A stretch of DNA of 64,000 nt, taken from the NCBI GenBank assembly GCA_045538895.1, contig JAZQEH010000118.1:583-64582 (forward strand), in the 5' to 3' direction. The translations under genes were made by a program, and so were the position numbers. Position 1 is the stretch's first letter; every line of letters begins with the position of its first letter. The stretch comes from Eubacteriales bacterium (GTDB taxonomy: Bacteria > Bacillota > Clostridia > Oscillospirales > CAG-272). Shown here one piece after another: positions 27,845 to 37,630 of this stretch. The notes under the pieces are model-generated. The model was not told the origin of the DNA. It saw only the letters and a list, made by a program, of their open reading frames with translations, and ran no database searches.

Positions 27845-30282
27845 CCAACAGATTTACAAGAAAAGCACAAAATGCACTTAACTATGCACTTTTAGCTGCC
27901 CGTGAGATGGGACACACCTACGTAGGAAGCGAGCATTTGCTCGTAGGGCTTTGTTCCGAAGCAGATAGTGTTGCAGCTCGTCTTCTAAATGCAAAAGGTG
28001 CTACAAAGGAAAAAATCAACGATACAATAGTTAACAACATGGGACGTGGTACCCCGACTAACGTAAATGCTTCTGACCTTACCCCACGTACCAAAAAGAT
28101 TCTCGAAATGTCCGCTTACACCTCTACTCGCTACGGTCACGGTTATATAGGTACCGAGCATCTCTTATATGCGATTTTAGAGGAGAACGAATGCGTTGCC
28201 AATAAAATTCTTGAAGCAATAGACGTTAGCACCGCTGATTTGAAAAAAGAAATTCTGGCATATCTCAACGGTATGGAGGAAAGCGAAACTGCTACTCAAG
28301 GTACAACCTCACAAACTGCCAAAAAGCAAAGTGATATAAAGGATTGCCCAACTCTTTCTTCTTACGGAAAAGATTTGACCGCACTTGCAAAAAGCGAAAA
28401 GCTTGACCCTATTATCGGTCGAGATAATGAAACTGAAAGAGTTATCCAGATACTTGCACGCAGAACAAAAAACAATCCTTGCTTAATCGGCGAACCCGGT
28501 GTAGGTAAGACCGCAGTTGTAGAGGGGCTTGCCCAGCGAATAGCCGATGGCAATGTTCCCGAAATGCTTCTTGAAAAGAAAATTATCACTTTGGACATTT
28601 CTTCAATGATTGCCGGTGCAAAATACCGTGGCGAATTTGAAGAACGTCTGAAAAATGTAATGAACGAGGTTGCAAAGAAGCCTGAGATAATTCTTTTTAT
28701 TGACGAAATTCATACACTTGTCGGTGCCGGTGCCGCCGAAGGAGCAATGGATGCGGCGAATATTTTAAAGCCCGCACTCTCACGCGGTGAAATGCAGCTT
28801 ATCGGTGCCACAACGATAAACGAATACCGCAAGAATATTGAAAAGGATGCGGCGCTTGAAAGACGTTTTCAGTCGGTTATGGTAGGAGAACCTACTGCCG
28901 AAGAGGCAATACTTATACTGAAGGGATTGCGTGACAAATATGAAGCACATCACAAACTCAAAATATCGGATGACGCTATAGAGGCTGCTGTAAATCTTTC
29001 AAAAAGATATATTAATGACCGTTATTTGCCCGATAAAGCGATAGATTTGGTAGACGAAGCAGCATCGAGAATCAGAATTTCAAACTTCACTTCACCTCCC
29101 GATATAAAGAACATGGAAAAGCATATTGAGGAGCTTACAAGAAGTAAGGAAGAGGCTATCAAAGCCCAGAATTTTGAAGAAGCAGCAAAGCTCCGCGACG
29201 AGGAACATGCCTTGCGTGCAAAGCTCGACGGTGTTAAATCGGAGTGGCAAAGTAAACGCACCGTTTCAACACTTACAGTTACCAAAGACCATATTGCTGA
29301 CATCGTTACCGCTTGGACCGGTATTCCCGTTAAACAACTCGAAAGCGAAGAAAGCAAAAAGCTCCTGAATCTTGACACAATTTTAAAGGAGCGTATTGTA
29401 GGACAAGAGAAAGCAGTTGAGGCAGTATCAAAGGCGATAAGACGTGGCAGAATGGGATTAAAGGATCCTAAACGTCCGCTGGGTTCGTTCATATTCCTTG
29501 GTCCTACCGGTGTTGGCAAAACCGAACTTACAAAAGCTCTTGCTTCCGTTATGTTTGGTGATGAAAATGCAATGATACGCATTGACATGTCGGAATACAT
29601 GGAAAAGCACAGTGTTTCAAAGCTTATTGGTTCCCCTCCCGGCTACGTAGGCTATGACGAGGGTGGACAGTTAACCGAGAAAATACGCCGTAAACCGTAT
29701 TCGGTCGTTCTTTTTGATGAGATTGAAAAGGCGCATCCGGATATATTCAATATTATGCTTCAGATTCTTGATGACGGTGTGCTTACTGATTCGCAAGGCA
29801 GAAAAGTTGATTTTAAGAATACGGTTATAATTATGACCTCAAACGTCGGAGCTACGGCACTTACCGAGAGAACCAAATCACTCGGCTTCACTTCCTCAGC
29901 AGAGGCGGACAAGGTTACAATGGAAAACAATGTAATGCAAGCGTTGAAAGGAACTTTCCGTCCGGAATTTCTTAACCGACTTGATGAAATAATTGTATTC
30001 AACAAGCTTACAGATGAAGATATCAAAAAAATTGCTTTGCTATTGCTGAGTCAGCTTAAAAAGCGTATATCGGATATTGGTGTAACAATAGAATTTGATG
30101 AATCGCTGGTTGAGTTTGTTGCTAAAAAAGGCTTCGATGATGTTTATGGTGCTCGCCCGCTACGCCGTGCAATAACAAACTATGTCGAAGATGCATTTTC
30201 GGAAGCAATGCTTGAAGGGAAAATCAAAGATGGTCAAAGCGTGATAGCGAAAGTTGTTGACGAAAAAGTAATTTTTGAATAA
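27841..30282 (+). CDS. clpC: ATP-dependent Clp protease ATP-binding subunit ClpC
   Basis: 813 aa. TTG start 7 nt after GGAGG, overlapping the mcsB stop (TTGA). Two Clp_N repeats, two AAA+ modules ([16 protein letters not shown]) and a UVR linker ([14 protein letters not shown]). Confidence 0.96.
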   Translation: MTNRFTRKAQNALNYALLAAREMGHTYVGSEHLLVGLCSEADSVAARLLNAKGATKEKINDTIVNNMGRGTPTNVNASDLTPRTKKILEMSAYTSTRYGHGYIGTEHLLYAILEENECVANKILEAIDVSTADLKKEILAYLNGMEESETATQGTTSQTAKKQSDIKDCPTLSSYGKDLTALAKSEKLDPIIGRDNETERVIQILARRTKNNPCLIGEPGVGKTAVVEGLAQRIADGNVPEMLLEKKIITLDISSMIAGAKYRGEFEERLKNVMNEVAKKPEIILFIDEIHTLVGAGAAEGAMDAANILKPALSRGEMQLIGATTINEYRKNIEKDAALERRFQSVMVGEPTAEEAILILKGLRDKYEAHHKLKISDDAIEAAVNLSKRYINDRYLPDKAIDLVDEAASRIRISNFTSPPDIKNMEKHIEELTRSKEEAIKAQNFEEAAKLRDEEHALRAKLDGVKSEWQSKRTVSTLTVTKDHIADIVTAWTGIPVKQLESEESKKLLNLDTILKERIVGQEKAVEAVSKAIRRGRMGLKDPKRPLGSFIFLGPTGVGKTELTKALASVMFGDENAMIRIDMSEYMEKHSVSKLIGSPPGYVGYDEGGQLTEKIRRKPYSVVLFDEIEKAHPDIFNIMLQILDDGVLTDSQGRKVDFKNTVIIMTSNVGATALTERTKSLGFTSSAEADKVTMENNVMQALKGTFRPEFLNRLDEIIVFNKLTDEDIKKIALLLLSQLKKRISDIGVTIEFDESLVEFVAKKGFDDVYGARPLRRAITNYVEDAFSEAMLEGKIKDGQSVIAKVVDEKVIFE

Positions 30283-30321
30283 AAATAAGCTCTTGAGTTG
30301 TTACTCAAGAGCTTATTTTTT
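30281..30321. terminator. Strong bidirectional terminator between convergent clpC and folD
   Basis: 14-bp perfect hairpin ATAAGCTCTTGAGT-TGTT-ACTCAAGAGCTTAT, with an A-run upstream and TTTTTT downstream. Confidence 0.9.
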
Positions 30322-31173
30322 CTATTTGATCTGTTCCTTTGCAGCTGTAAGTGTATTCTGTAGCAGCATCGTTATCGTCATAGGACCAACACCGCCGGGA
30401 ACCGGAGTAATAAATGATGCAACAGGCTCTACACTTTGGAAATCAACGTCACCGCAAAGCTTACCGTTTTCAAGACGGTTAATTCCAACGTCAATTATGA
30501 CAGCATCATCCTTTACCATATCAGCAGTAACAAAATTTGCCTTTCCGACCGCAGCAATCAGAATATCGGCTTGTTTTGTAATATCAGCTAAATTCTTTGT
30601 CCGAGAATGGCAGATTGTAACAGTTGCATTGGCTTTAAGCATCAGCATAGCTTGCGGTTTGCCGACAATATTGCTCCTTCCGATTATTACACAATGCTTC
30701 CCTGCAATATCAATGTTATAGTGCTTCAACAACTCCATAACGCCGGCAGGAGTGCAAGGCAAAAAACTGAAGTTGCCTATCATAATTCTGCCAACGTTTA
30801 CGGGATGAAAAGCGTCAACGTCCTTTTCGGGACGTATACTTAATATTACCTTTTCTTCATCAAGATGCTCAGGTAGTGGTAACTGAACCAGAATACCGTT
30901 GATTTTTTTATCATTATTCAAACGGTCAATAATCTGTAATAGCTCTGTTTCTGTGGTTTCGTATGGCAGTTCATGAACCTCAGAATACATTCCGACTTCA
31001 TTACATGCTTTATGTTTGTTTCTGACATATACCTGAGAAGCAGGATTCTCTCCGACAATTACAACTGCAAGTCCGGGAGTAACGCCGTATTTGTTCTTGA
31101 AATCAGCAACTTCACCCTTGATTCTTTCACGAACCGCACAAGATGTAACCTTTCCATCAATTATTGTTGCCAT
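30322..31173 (-). CDS. folD: Bifunctional methylenetetrahydrofolate dehydrogenase/methenyl-THF cyclohydrolase FolD
   Basis: 283 aa. Motifs [43 protein letters not shown] and [12 protein letters not shown]. Confidence 0.95.
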   Translation of the reverse strand: MATIIDGKVTSCAVRERIKGEVADFKNKYGVTPGLAVVIVGENPASQVYVRNKHKACNEVGMYSEVHELPYETTETELLQIIDRLNNDKKINGILVQLPLPEHLDEEKVILSIRPEKDVDAFHPVNVGRIMIGNFSFLPCTPAGVMELLKHYNIDIAGKHCVIIGRSNIVGKPQAMLMLKANATVTICHSRTKNLADITKQADILIAAVGKANFVTADMVKDDAVIIDVGINRLENGKLCGDVDFQSVEPVASFITPVPGGVGPMTITMLLQNTLTAAKEQIK

Positions 31174-32038
31174 TAAATCTCACCTCTTTTTTACTCTTGT
31201 AACGTCTAATTTCAATGTAAACTAAAATCGCAGTGCAAGCGACAAAACAAATCGCACCTAAGAACTGCGAAACCCTGATCACATTTGGAATAAGCCACAA
31301 ACTATCTGTACGAAGTCCCTCGATAATCATTCTTCCAAAACCGTACCAGGCAAGATAACTTAAAAAGATTTGACCGTTATACTTCTTTTTGTTATACAGA
31401 TACCACAGCAAAAAGAAGCCTATAAAATTCCATATTGACTCATATAAAAATGTAGGATGTACGAAAATAGCGTTTTCACCGCTGCCAATTCCCATCCGCC
31501 ACGGTAAATCGGTAGCATATCCATATGCTTCGGCATTCATAAAATTGCCCCATCTGCCAATAGCCTGACCGAGAATGATTGACGATGCACCAATATCAAG
31601 CAGCAAAAGCGGACTGGTCTTTTTGATTTTTGCCATTATGATCAAAGAAATTATCCCGCCAATAACAGCACCGTAAATCGCAAGACCGCCATTCCAAACG
31701 GCAATTATATCATATAATGAATCAAATCCGCCGTAAAAAATCACAAAATAAAGTCTTGCGCCAAACACGCTGACAAGTACTGCGACCAAAACGACGTCAA
31801 GAAAATCATCGGTGGTGAATCCCTCTCTTTTTGCACGCCAAGTAGCGTATATAGCAGAGAGTAGAATTCCGACCATAATGATAATTCCGTACCACGCAAT
31901 TCCCTGCCAGTTTTCGCCGAAAATCTTTTTTAAAAAGCCGAGAGAATCGGCAGGAACGGCGATATTATTGATTTGAAACTCGCCGATACCAAGACCGGGG
32001 AAAGAAATAGTAGTAATTTTTGACAATAAACTAATCAT
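31157..32038 (-). CDS. lgt: Prolipoprotein diacylglyceryl transferase Lgt
   Basis: The ORF is open to a GTG at 32050; the ATG at 32038 follows GAGGAG. Motifs [32 protein letters not shown] and [13 protein letters not shown]. The 3' end overlaps folD by 17 nt. Confidence 0.92.
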   Translation of the reverse strand: MISLLSKITTISFPGLGIGEFQINNIAVPADSLGFLKKIFGENWQGIAWYGIIIMVGILLSAIYATWRAKREGFTTDDFLDVVLVAVLVSVFGARLYFVIFYGGFDSLYDIIAVWNGGLAIYGAVIGGIISLIIMAKIKKTSPLLLLDIGASSIILGQAIGRWGNFMNAEAYGYATDLPWRMGIGSGENAIFVHPTFLYESIWNFIGFFLLWYLYNKKKYNGQIFLSYLAWYGFGRMIIEGLRTDSLWLIPNVIRVSQFLGAICFVACTAILVYIEIRRYKSKKEVRFNGNNN

Positions 32039-32046
32039 ATAACTCC

Positions 32047-33330
32047 TCACTTGATAGGTGAAACAATGGATAAAGCAAAGAACTCGTCTTCAAAAGATTC
32101 TTTCAAAAGTTGTTCAACATACTCAATGTCAACACTTTCAAGGATATCTATATTATCAAACAAATCCATGTCAAGAAGTGCATATGCAACAAGCTCGTTT
32201 GAAATCTCATCAGTGCTGTCAAACAAACGAACAAAATCAGCATAAACGGTGCGTTTTGCTCTTAAAAAGGCATCTTTGTCGATTGATTTTGCTTGCATTT
32301 CTTTTATATAATCCTTTAGAATTCTAAAAAACTCATCAGGATTTTCTGTTTCGCCCGAATAATAGTTATATGCAAAAGAAGAGGTAGAGTCGTACTCACA
32401 CGAAAACTGTGAATTCAAAATTCCCTTTTCATACATATCATTATAAAAGTCGGTTGAAGAACTGAAAAGAATCTCGTTAAGAATTCTCATACCGAAATCC
32501 TTCTTTGAAAACTCCTTTAAATCCGTAGGGATTCTGATGTCCTTAACGCCAATAGCAAACTGAGGCTTCGATACCTGCATCTGGATTTCGTTGCGCGGTT
32601 TATTCACAACGGCAAGCTCCTCGTTATAAACACGAACAACTTCAAATTTTGGAGCGGTTTTCAAGAGTTTGTCAAGTACTTCTGTAACCTTTTCGATCTC
32701 AACATCACCGCATACGCAAAGAACCATATTATTTAGATTATAAAACGTATTATAGCATTTATAAAGCAAATCAGCGGTGATATGCGATATTGATTCTACA
32801 GAACCTGCGATCTCCGTACGGACATCATGATTCTTATAAAGCGCTCTCATAAGCTCATAATATACACGAGTATTAGGATTATCTTCGTACATCTGTATTT
32901 CCTGTGCTATGATTCCCTGCTCTTTGGCTACGGTTTCAGGAGTGAAGTACGGATGAGTTACAAAGTCAAGCAAAATCTCAAGAGATTCATAAAAATTGTC
33001 TGTTGAAGAAAAGAGATATGCCGTTTTATCAAATGAAGTATACGCATTTGCACTTGCACCGGTTTTGCCAAAACGCTCAAAGGTATCTACCCCGTCTTCG
33101 TTTTCAAACATTTTATGCTCAAGAAAATGTGCAATTCCAGCAGGTACGGTAGTAAAATCTTTTTCGCCGGCGATTTTAAAACGGTTTTCGAGTGAACCGT
33201 ATCTGGTTGCAAAAAGTGCATACGAGGTGCTGAGTTCTTTAGGAAAAACAAAAACCCGCAGACCGGAAGAATGAGTAAAACTATAATACTTTTCTTCAAG
33301 TTTTTTGCTTTCATGAACTTTAACTTCCAT
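32047..33330 (-). CDS. M16-family zinc peptidase, catalytic subunit (HxxEH present)
   Basis: 427 aa with the inverted zinc motif GIAHFLEHKMF. The start overlaps the stop of the upstream M16 gene (TAATG). Confidence 0.87.
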   Translation of the reverse strand: MEVKVHESKKLEEKYYSFTHSSGLRVFVFPKELSTSYALFATRYGSLENRFKIAGEKDFTTVPAGIAHFLEHKMFENEDGVDTFERFGKTGASANAYTSFDKTAYLFSSTDNFYESLEILLDFVTHPYFTPETVAKEQGIIAQEIQMYEDNPNTRVYYELMRALYKNHDVRTEIAGSVESISHITADLLYKCYNTFYNLNNMVLCVCGDVEIEKVTEVLDKLLKTAPKFEVVRVYNEELAVVNKPRNEIQMQVSKPQFAIGVKDIRIPTDLKEFSKKDFGMRILNEILFSSSTDFYNDMYEKGILNSQFSCEYDSTSSFAYNYYSGETENPDEFFRILKDYIKEMQAKSIDKDAFLRAKRTVYADFVRLFDSTDEISNELVAYALLDMDLFDNIDILESVDIEYVEQLLKESFEDEFFALSIVSPIK

Positions 33331-34607
33331 TAATTGTCACCTCCATCTTGTATACCCTCAAGGAAATATACAGTATCAAGAAGAATATTCTTCGCAGTAT
33401 TAACAATATCATCCTTGGTTACTGCATATACAGATTCAATCGCTTCGTCAGGAGATTGCGTAATTCCGGAAAGCAGACGGCCTGTATACCAGTTTCTTAA
33501 AGATTGCGGATTATCGGAAATTTCACGGTACGCATTGATTAACGAAAGCTTTGCAGCAAGCAATTCATCTTCGGTAAAATTACCGTTTTTAACAGCAGAT
33601 AACTGATCGAGAATGGCTTTTTTTGCGGTTTCGTAATTCTTATTCTCAATTCCGGCACGTACAAGCATAATGCCTTTTATAGCTTCGGGCACTGACATAC
33701 AATAGTAGCAAAGGCTCATTTTTTCACGCACGTTCATAAACAACATTGAGGTTGCACTACCGCCATACAGTTCCGAAAGAAGTGCCATTTTTACATAATC
33801 GCCATCCGCAAGAACCTTGCCGGTACGGAAGCCCATTACAAGATTTCCCTGCTTGCCAACACAAGTTTCGTGTACTTCTTTAACCTTTTCAACAGTTCGC
33901 ACAACGTTTGTAGAAGTTTCAAGAGTCTTTGTAGGCTTATACTTTTCAAGCATACGTATAAGTGATTTTTTAAGCTTATTTTCGTCAGTGTGTCCGACAA
34001 ATGTGATTTCTATATTTGCACTGTCCAGAATAGATAAATACTGTTGATAAACCTCTTCGTTTGTTAATGCAGAAACTGTTTCTCTATCGCCAACATGTGC
34101 AAGTCTGTAGCTTTCGTTTTCAAACATGTGCTCGCAAAGTCGAGTAATAGCATATTTCGCCTTTGAATTAATCTCTGCAGCAATATCGTCAAGCAAATTA
34201 GCTTTTTCGCTCTCGAAATAGTCTTCCCTGAATGCTCCGTTTTCGATCAGCGGTGAAAAAATTATTTCTTCAAGCACTTCTATTGCACCACTCAAAATAT
34301 CAGTATTATCGAGTGCAAATCGGTTGTCAAGAGCATCTATAGAAAAACTGAGAAGCTGTGTTTCTCCAAAGCAAGAACTTTTGGTATATATGTCAGCTGA
34401 ATACAGATATTCAAGCTTCTTTGACAGTTCTATCATATTGGGATATGATTTTGTTCCGCGCTTAAGAATTTTCAGAATTAGCGCATTGACAGCACTGCTT
34501 CTTTTTTCAAATGGAACAACAAAAGATACCGAAAGATAGTTTGACTTGAATTTATCAACGTCGATATAATTAATAGCAACTCTATCTGTTAAAAATTCTC
34601 TTTTCAT
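33330..34607 (-). CDS. M16-family peptidase-like protein, non-catalytic partner (no HxxEH)
   Basis: 425 aa. M16 fold-length protein lacking the HxxEH motif, translationally coupled to the catalytic paralog (YmfF/YmfH-like pair). Confidence 0.82.
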   Translation of the reverse strand: MKREFLTDRVAINYIDVDKFKSNYLSVSFVVPFEKRSSAVNALILKILKRGTKSYPNMIELSKKLEYLYSADIYTKSSCFGETQLLSFSIDALDNRFALDNTDILSGAIEVLEEIIFSPLIENGAFREDYFESEKANLLDDIAAEINSKAKYAITRLCEHMFENESYRLAHVGDRETVSALTNEEVYQQYLSILDSANIEITFVGHTDENKLKKSLIRMLEKYKPTKTLETSTNVVRTVEKVKEVHETCVGKQGNLVMGFRTGKVLADGDYVKMALLSELYGGSATSMLFMNVREKMSLCYYCMSVPEAIKGIMLVRAGIENKNYETAKKAILDQLSAVKNGNFTEDELLAAKLSLINAYREISDNPQSLRNWYTGRLLSGITQSPDEAIESVYAVTKDDIVNTAKNILLDTVYFLEGIQDGGDN

Positions 34608-34640
34608 TAATTAAAAACCTCGTAAATTATATTACAATTT

Positions 34641-34669
34641 ATTATACACCAAATACCGCTATCTTTCAA
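34641..34669 (-). promoter_or_regulatory. Sigma-A promoter of the M16-M16-lgt-folD operon
   Basis: Minus strand: TTGAAA (34669-34664), 17 nt, extended -10 TGtATAAT ending at 34641. Confidence 0.6.
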
Positions 34670-34687
34670 TAAAAAAATAAAATCGGC

Positions 34688-34716
34688 TTGAAATATTGCT
34701 TACATTATGGTATACT
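34688..34716 (+). promoter_or_regulatory. Sigma-A promoter of the thioesterase gene
   Basis: TTGAAA (34688-34693), 17 nt, TGgTATACT with -10 at 34711-34716. Confidence 0.55.
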
Positions 34717-34744
34717 AATTAAGTATTTTGAATGGAGGCATATT

Positions 34745-35128
34745 ATGGATATCGGTATTAAACATACAATCACAGAAACGGTTACAATGGAAAAAACTGC
34801 CGCAAACGTTGGAAGCGGTCTTTTGCCTGTATACGCAACTCCTGCAATGATTGCTCTTATGGAAAAATGCGCTTCCGAATGTGTTGCTCCTTATATTGAA
34901 GTCGGAAAATCTTCGGTTGGCACTATGCTGAATGTAAAGCATCTTGCAGCCTCCCCTATTGGTATTGAAATTACCTGCACCGCTACTCTCATCGAAATCG
35001 ACGGTCGCAGACTTGTTTTTTCTATTGAAGCATCCGATTCAAAAGGACCTATAGGCGAATGCACACATGAGCGCTTTATTATTGACGTTGAGCGTTTTAT
35101 GTCAAAGTGTAACAACAAACTCAACTGA
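34745..35128 (+). CDS. Hotdog-fold thioesterase family protein
   Basis: The ATG at 34745 lies 7 nt after GGAGG (the ORF track begins at 34688). 127 aa; TVTMEKTAANVGSGLLPVYATPAMIALMEKCASECV...HLAASPIGIEITCTATLIEIDGRRLVF...THERFII is typical of FlK/YiiD-like hotdog thioesterases. Confidence 0.72.
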   Translation: MDIGIKHTITETVTMEKTAANVGSGLLPVYATPAMIALMEKCASECVAPYIEVGKSSVGTMLNVKHLAASPIGIEITCTATLIEIDGRRLVFSIEASDSKGPIGECTHERFIIDVERFMSKCNNKLN

Positions 35129-35132
35129 ATAT

Positions 35133-35150
35133 TGCGGCTTTGCCGCTTTT
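35133..35150 (+). terminator. Short terminator after the thioesterase gene
   Basis: GCGGC-TTT-GCCGC followed by TTTTT. Confidence 0.55.
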
Positions 35151-35151
35151 T

Positions 35152-35226
35152 GCCCTCATAGTTAAATGGATATAACAAGCCCCTCCTAAGGGTTAGTTGT
35201 GAGTTCGATTCTCGCTGGGGGTGCCA
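35152..35226 (+). tRNA. tRNA-Arg (anticodon CCT), CCA encoded
   Basis: 75 nt, folded by hand. Acceptor GCCCTCA/TGGGGGT (two G-U pairs), U8, D-arm GTTA/TAAC with GG in the loop, anticodon stem AGCCC/GGGTT, loop CT-CCT-AA, T-arm GTGAG-TTCGATT-CTCGC, discriminator G, then CCA. Confidence 0.85.
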
Positions 35227-35231
35227 AAAGT

Positions 35232-35262
35232 AAACCGCCGCAAATGCGGCGGTTTGCTTTTT
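35232..35262 (+). terminator. Intrinsic terminator after the tRNA
   Basis: AAACCGCCGC-AAAT-GCGGCGGTTT followed by GCTTTTT. Confidence 0.85.
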
Positions 35263-35290
35263 AAAAATATAGGCTAATGAGGATAACGCA

Positions 35291-35878
35291 ATGACTAAAC
35301 TTAGGTTTATTCTGTCACTGAATGAAAAGTTAAAAGATTTTCCGCAAAACGAAGTTGAAGAATACTTAAATCATTATAGTAAAAAGATTGATGAAAAAAT
35401 TGCAGAAGGTTTATCTGAAGAAGAAGCGGTACAGTCTATCGGATCAGTTGAAGAAACTGCATCAAGAATTGCAGCCGAGCTCTCACCTCTAACGGTTAAT
35501 AAGCCCCATAAAGAGATTAAAGCGTGGGAAATTACTCTTTTAATTGTTAGTTCTCCAATATGGCTTTCTCTGCTTATCGCAGCAATTTCTATAGTTTTTT
35601 CGTTATACATATCATTATGGTCTGTAATTATTTCATTATGGGCGATATTCGGTACAATTATTGGTTGCGCTATTGGCGGTGTAATTTGCGGTACAGCATC
35701 TGTTATTTTAGGTTACACAACTTCAGGAATTGCCATAATTGGTGCGGTGCTGGTTTGTGCAGGACTTGCAATCTTCTTCTACTATGGCTGTACAGCAGCT
35801 ACAAGTGGGGTCATGATTCTTACTAAGAAAACTATAGCTTGGGTTAAAAAATGTTTTACCGAAAAGGAGAAAGCATAA
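35291..35878 (+). CDS. DUF1700-like membrane protein
   Basis: 195 aa. The N-terminus (FILSLNEKLKDFPQNEVEEYLNHYSKKIDEKIAEGLSEEEAVQSIGSVEETA) is typical of DUF1700. The C-terminal half has multiple TM helices. Confidence 0.72.
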   Translation: MTKLRFILSLNEKLKDFPQNEVEEYLNHYSKKIDEKIAEGLSEEEAVQSIGSVEETASRIAAELSPLTVNKPHKEIKAWEITLLIVSSPIWLSLLIAAISIVFSLYISLWSVIISLWAIFGTIIGCAIGGVICGTASVILGYTTSGIAIIGAVLVCAGLAIFFYYGCTAATSGVMILTKKTIAWVKKCFTEKEKA

Positions 35879-36780
35879 TGAGAAAAAATACTATATTATT
35901 GCTTATTATTGCAACTTCTTTTATTATCATCGGAACGGGTATTTTTGTAATGGCAATGACAGAATTTGAATGGGATTTTACCAAACTGTCTACGGTTAAG
36001 TATGAAAACAACGTTTACGATAGTTTGGGTGAATTTGAAAGTATTTCAATTGAAACCGGCACTGCCAATATCGCTATTTTACCCTCAGAAGACGGTAAGG
36101 TTACGGTTCTTTGCCATGCGCAAGAAAAAGCAAAGCATCAAATTACAATTAAAGACAATGCACTTGTAATTACAGAAACTGACACGAGAAAATGGTATGA
36201 GCATATTGGCATATCATTCGATTATCCTAAAATTTCTGTGTATCTTCCTGCGAGCGACTATGGTGCTCTTTCGATATATGGTCACACAAGCAACGTGGAG
36301 ATAGCAGATAGTTTTATGTTTGAAAGTATTGATATTACTGAAAACACAGGTAGTGTTACTAACTTCGCTTCTGCTACAAATTATATTAAAATCAAAACGG
36401 ACACGGGAAAAATCCATTTAGAAGATATAACTGCGGATACGGTTTACCTTTCAGTTTCAACAGGTAAAACAAATTTGACAAATGTTAAATGCCGAAACCT
36501 CATTTCTACCGGCGATACCGGCAACTTGATAATGCAAAACGTATTAGCAACTGAAAAGTTCAATATTGAGAGAGATACCGGCAATATAAAGCTTGACAGT
36601 TGTGATGCCGCAGAGATTTACATAGAAACTGACACTGGGAGCGTAACCGGAACACTTTTATCGGAAAAAGAGTTCATCGCAAAGTCAGATACCGGTAGAA
36701 TTAGTGTCCCGAAAACTTTAGCAGGCGGAAAATGCGAAATTATAACAGATACAGGAAATATCAGAATATCCTTGAAATAA
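35878..36780 (+). CDS. DUF4097-like beta-repeat protein with N-terminal TM anchor
   Basis: The ATG at 35878 overlaps the upstream TAA (ATAATG); the ORF track starts at 35851. Repeated TDTG(K/N/S)I...L motifs are characteristic of DUF4097 (putative adhesin-fold). Confidence 0.72.
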   Translation: MRKNTILLLIIATSFIIIGTGIFVMAMTEFEWDFTKLSTVKYENNVYDSLGEFESISIETGTANIAILPSEDGKVTVLCHAQEKAKHQITIKDNALVITETDTRKWYEHIGISFDYPKISVYLPASDYGALSIYGHTSNVEIADSFMFESIDITENTGSVTNFASATNYIKIKTDTGKIHLEDITADTVYLSVSTGKTNLTNVKCRNLISTGDTGNLIMQNVLATEKFNIERDTGNIKLDSCDAAEIYIETDTGSVTGTLLSEKEFIAKSDTGRISVPKTLAGGKCEIITDTGNIRISLK

Positions 36781-36810
36781 AAATAGCACGCTTTTGCGTG
36801 CTATTTTTTA
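36781..36810. terminator. Bidirectional terminator marking the 3' end of the polysaccharide operon
   Basis: ATAGCACGC-TTTT-GCGTGCTAT flanked by an A-run and a T-run. Overlaps the srtB stop codon. Confidence 0.85.
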
Positions 36811-37629
36811 AATCTCAATAAGTTTTCCTAAAACAACGTATCGAACATTTTTAACATAGTCTGAACATGTTGAAAGTGTTACAATACGGTCACCCTCATT
36901 ATATTCAACATTCGATATAAAGGTTGACTTGCCGATTAGCTTGTTTATGTATGTAGAAAATGCAGAAGAATTCGGCTCGGTTTTATAAATATCTTCTTTG
37001 TCGGTAGAAACAAAAACACCGGCAAAAAGTTCAATCTTGTAATCACCGTCAGGAGTCAAATAATAAACATAAGGGTGCTTTTCGTAATACTGTTGAGACT
37101 GATAATCAAGTAAACTGCCAAACATTGAACTGTTGTTCATGTTATGACCATAAATGATATAGTTTAAGTCGCTTCCGATTTTATCATTTCGGTAATCAAC
37201 AAATAATGTACCGCTTATGAGATATTTACCATTTATGTCCCTGCGTAAATACTTATCATTATTCGATGCCTGAACAACCGGATAGCTAATAGGAGTTCCC
37301 TCGCTATAGATCCAACCGATAATATCTTTATTTTTTTCAGACAAGCTTTCAAAATCAACGTTTATAGGTAAAGGCTCGGCAGGTTGCTTTGGAACTTCTG
37401 TAACCGCCGGAACTTCCAAAGTGTTCACGCTCTCCTGCGTAACAACAATATCCGTGAAAATAACTTCGGTAGTTTCAGGTGGAGCGACGTTTACAAATTG
37501 CTCGTTCATTTCCGAGTAAAGCGAATCTGCTTCATTATAGTTAATAAGCATGAAAGCGATGTTACAAGCGGAACAAACGATAATTACGATTAAAACCACT
37601 AAAATAAGCTTTAATATTAACCTTTTCAT
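36808..37629 (-). CDS. srtB: Class B sortase
   Basis: The ATG at 37629 lies 1 nt after the upstream stop; an in-frame TTG at 37641 would overlap it by 11 nt. N-terminal TM anchor, then YGHNM, TLSTC (catalytic Cys) and a downstream RYVV Arg. Confidence 0.87.
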   Translation of the reverse strand: MKRLILKLILVVLIVIIVCSACNIAFMLINYNEADSLYSEMNEQFVNVAPPETTEVIFTDIVVTQESVNTLEVPAVTEVPKQPAEPLPINVDFESLSEKNKDIIGWIYSEGTPISYPVVQASNNDKYLRRDINGKYLISGTLFVDYRNDKIGSDLNYIIYGHNMNNSSMFGSLLDYQSQQYYEKHPYVYYLTPDGDYKIELFAGVFVSTDKEDIYKTEPNSSAFSTYINKLIGKSTFISNVEYNEGDRIVTLSTCSDYVKNVRYVVLGKLIEI

Positions 37630-37630
37630 G

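Noticed and set aside
29022-29600. 192-aa minus-strand ORF inside clpC; also 30275-30721 antisense to folD, and 8303-8710 and 9338-9748 antisense to dnaE/whiA
   Set aside because: These are antisense shadows of strongly supported genes. They are Ser/Phe-rich low-complexity translations with no SD sequences.
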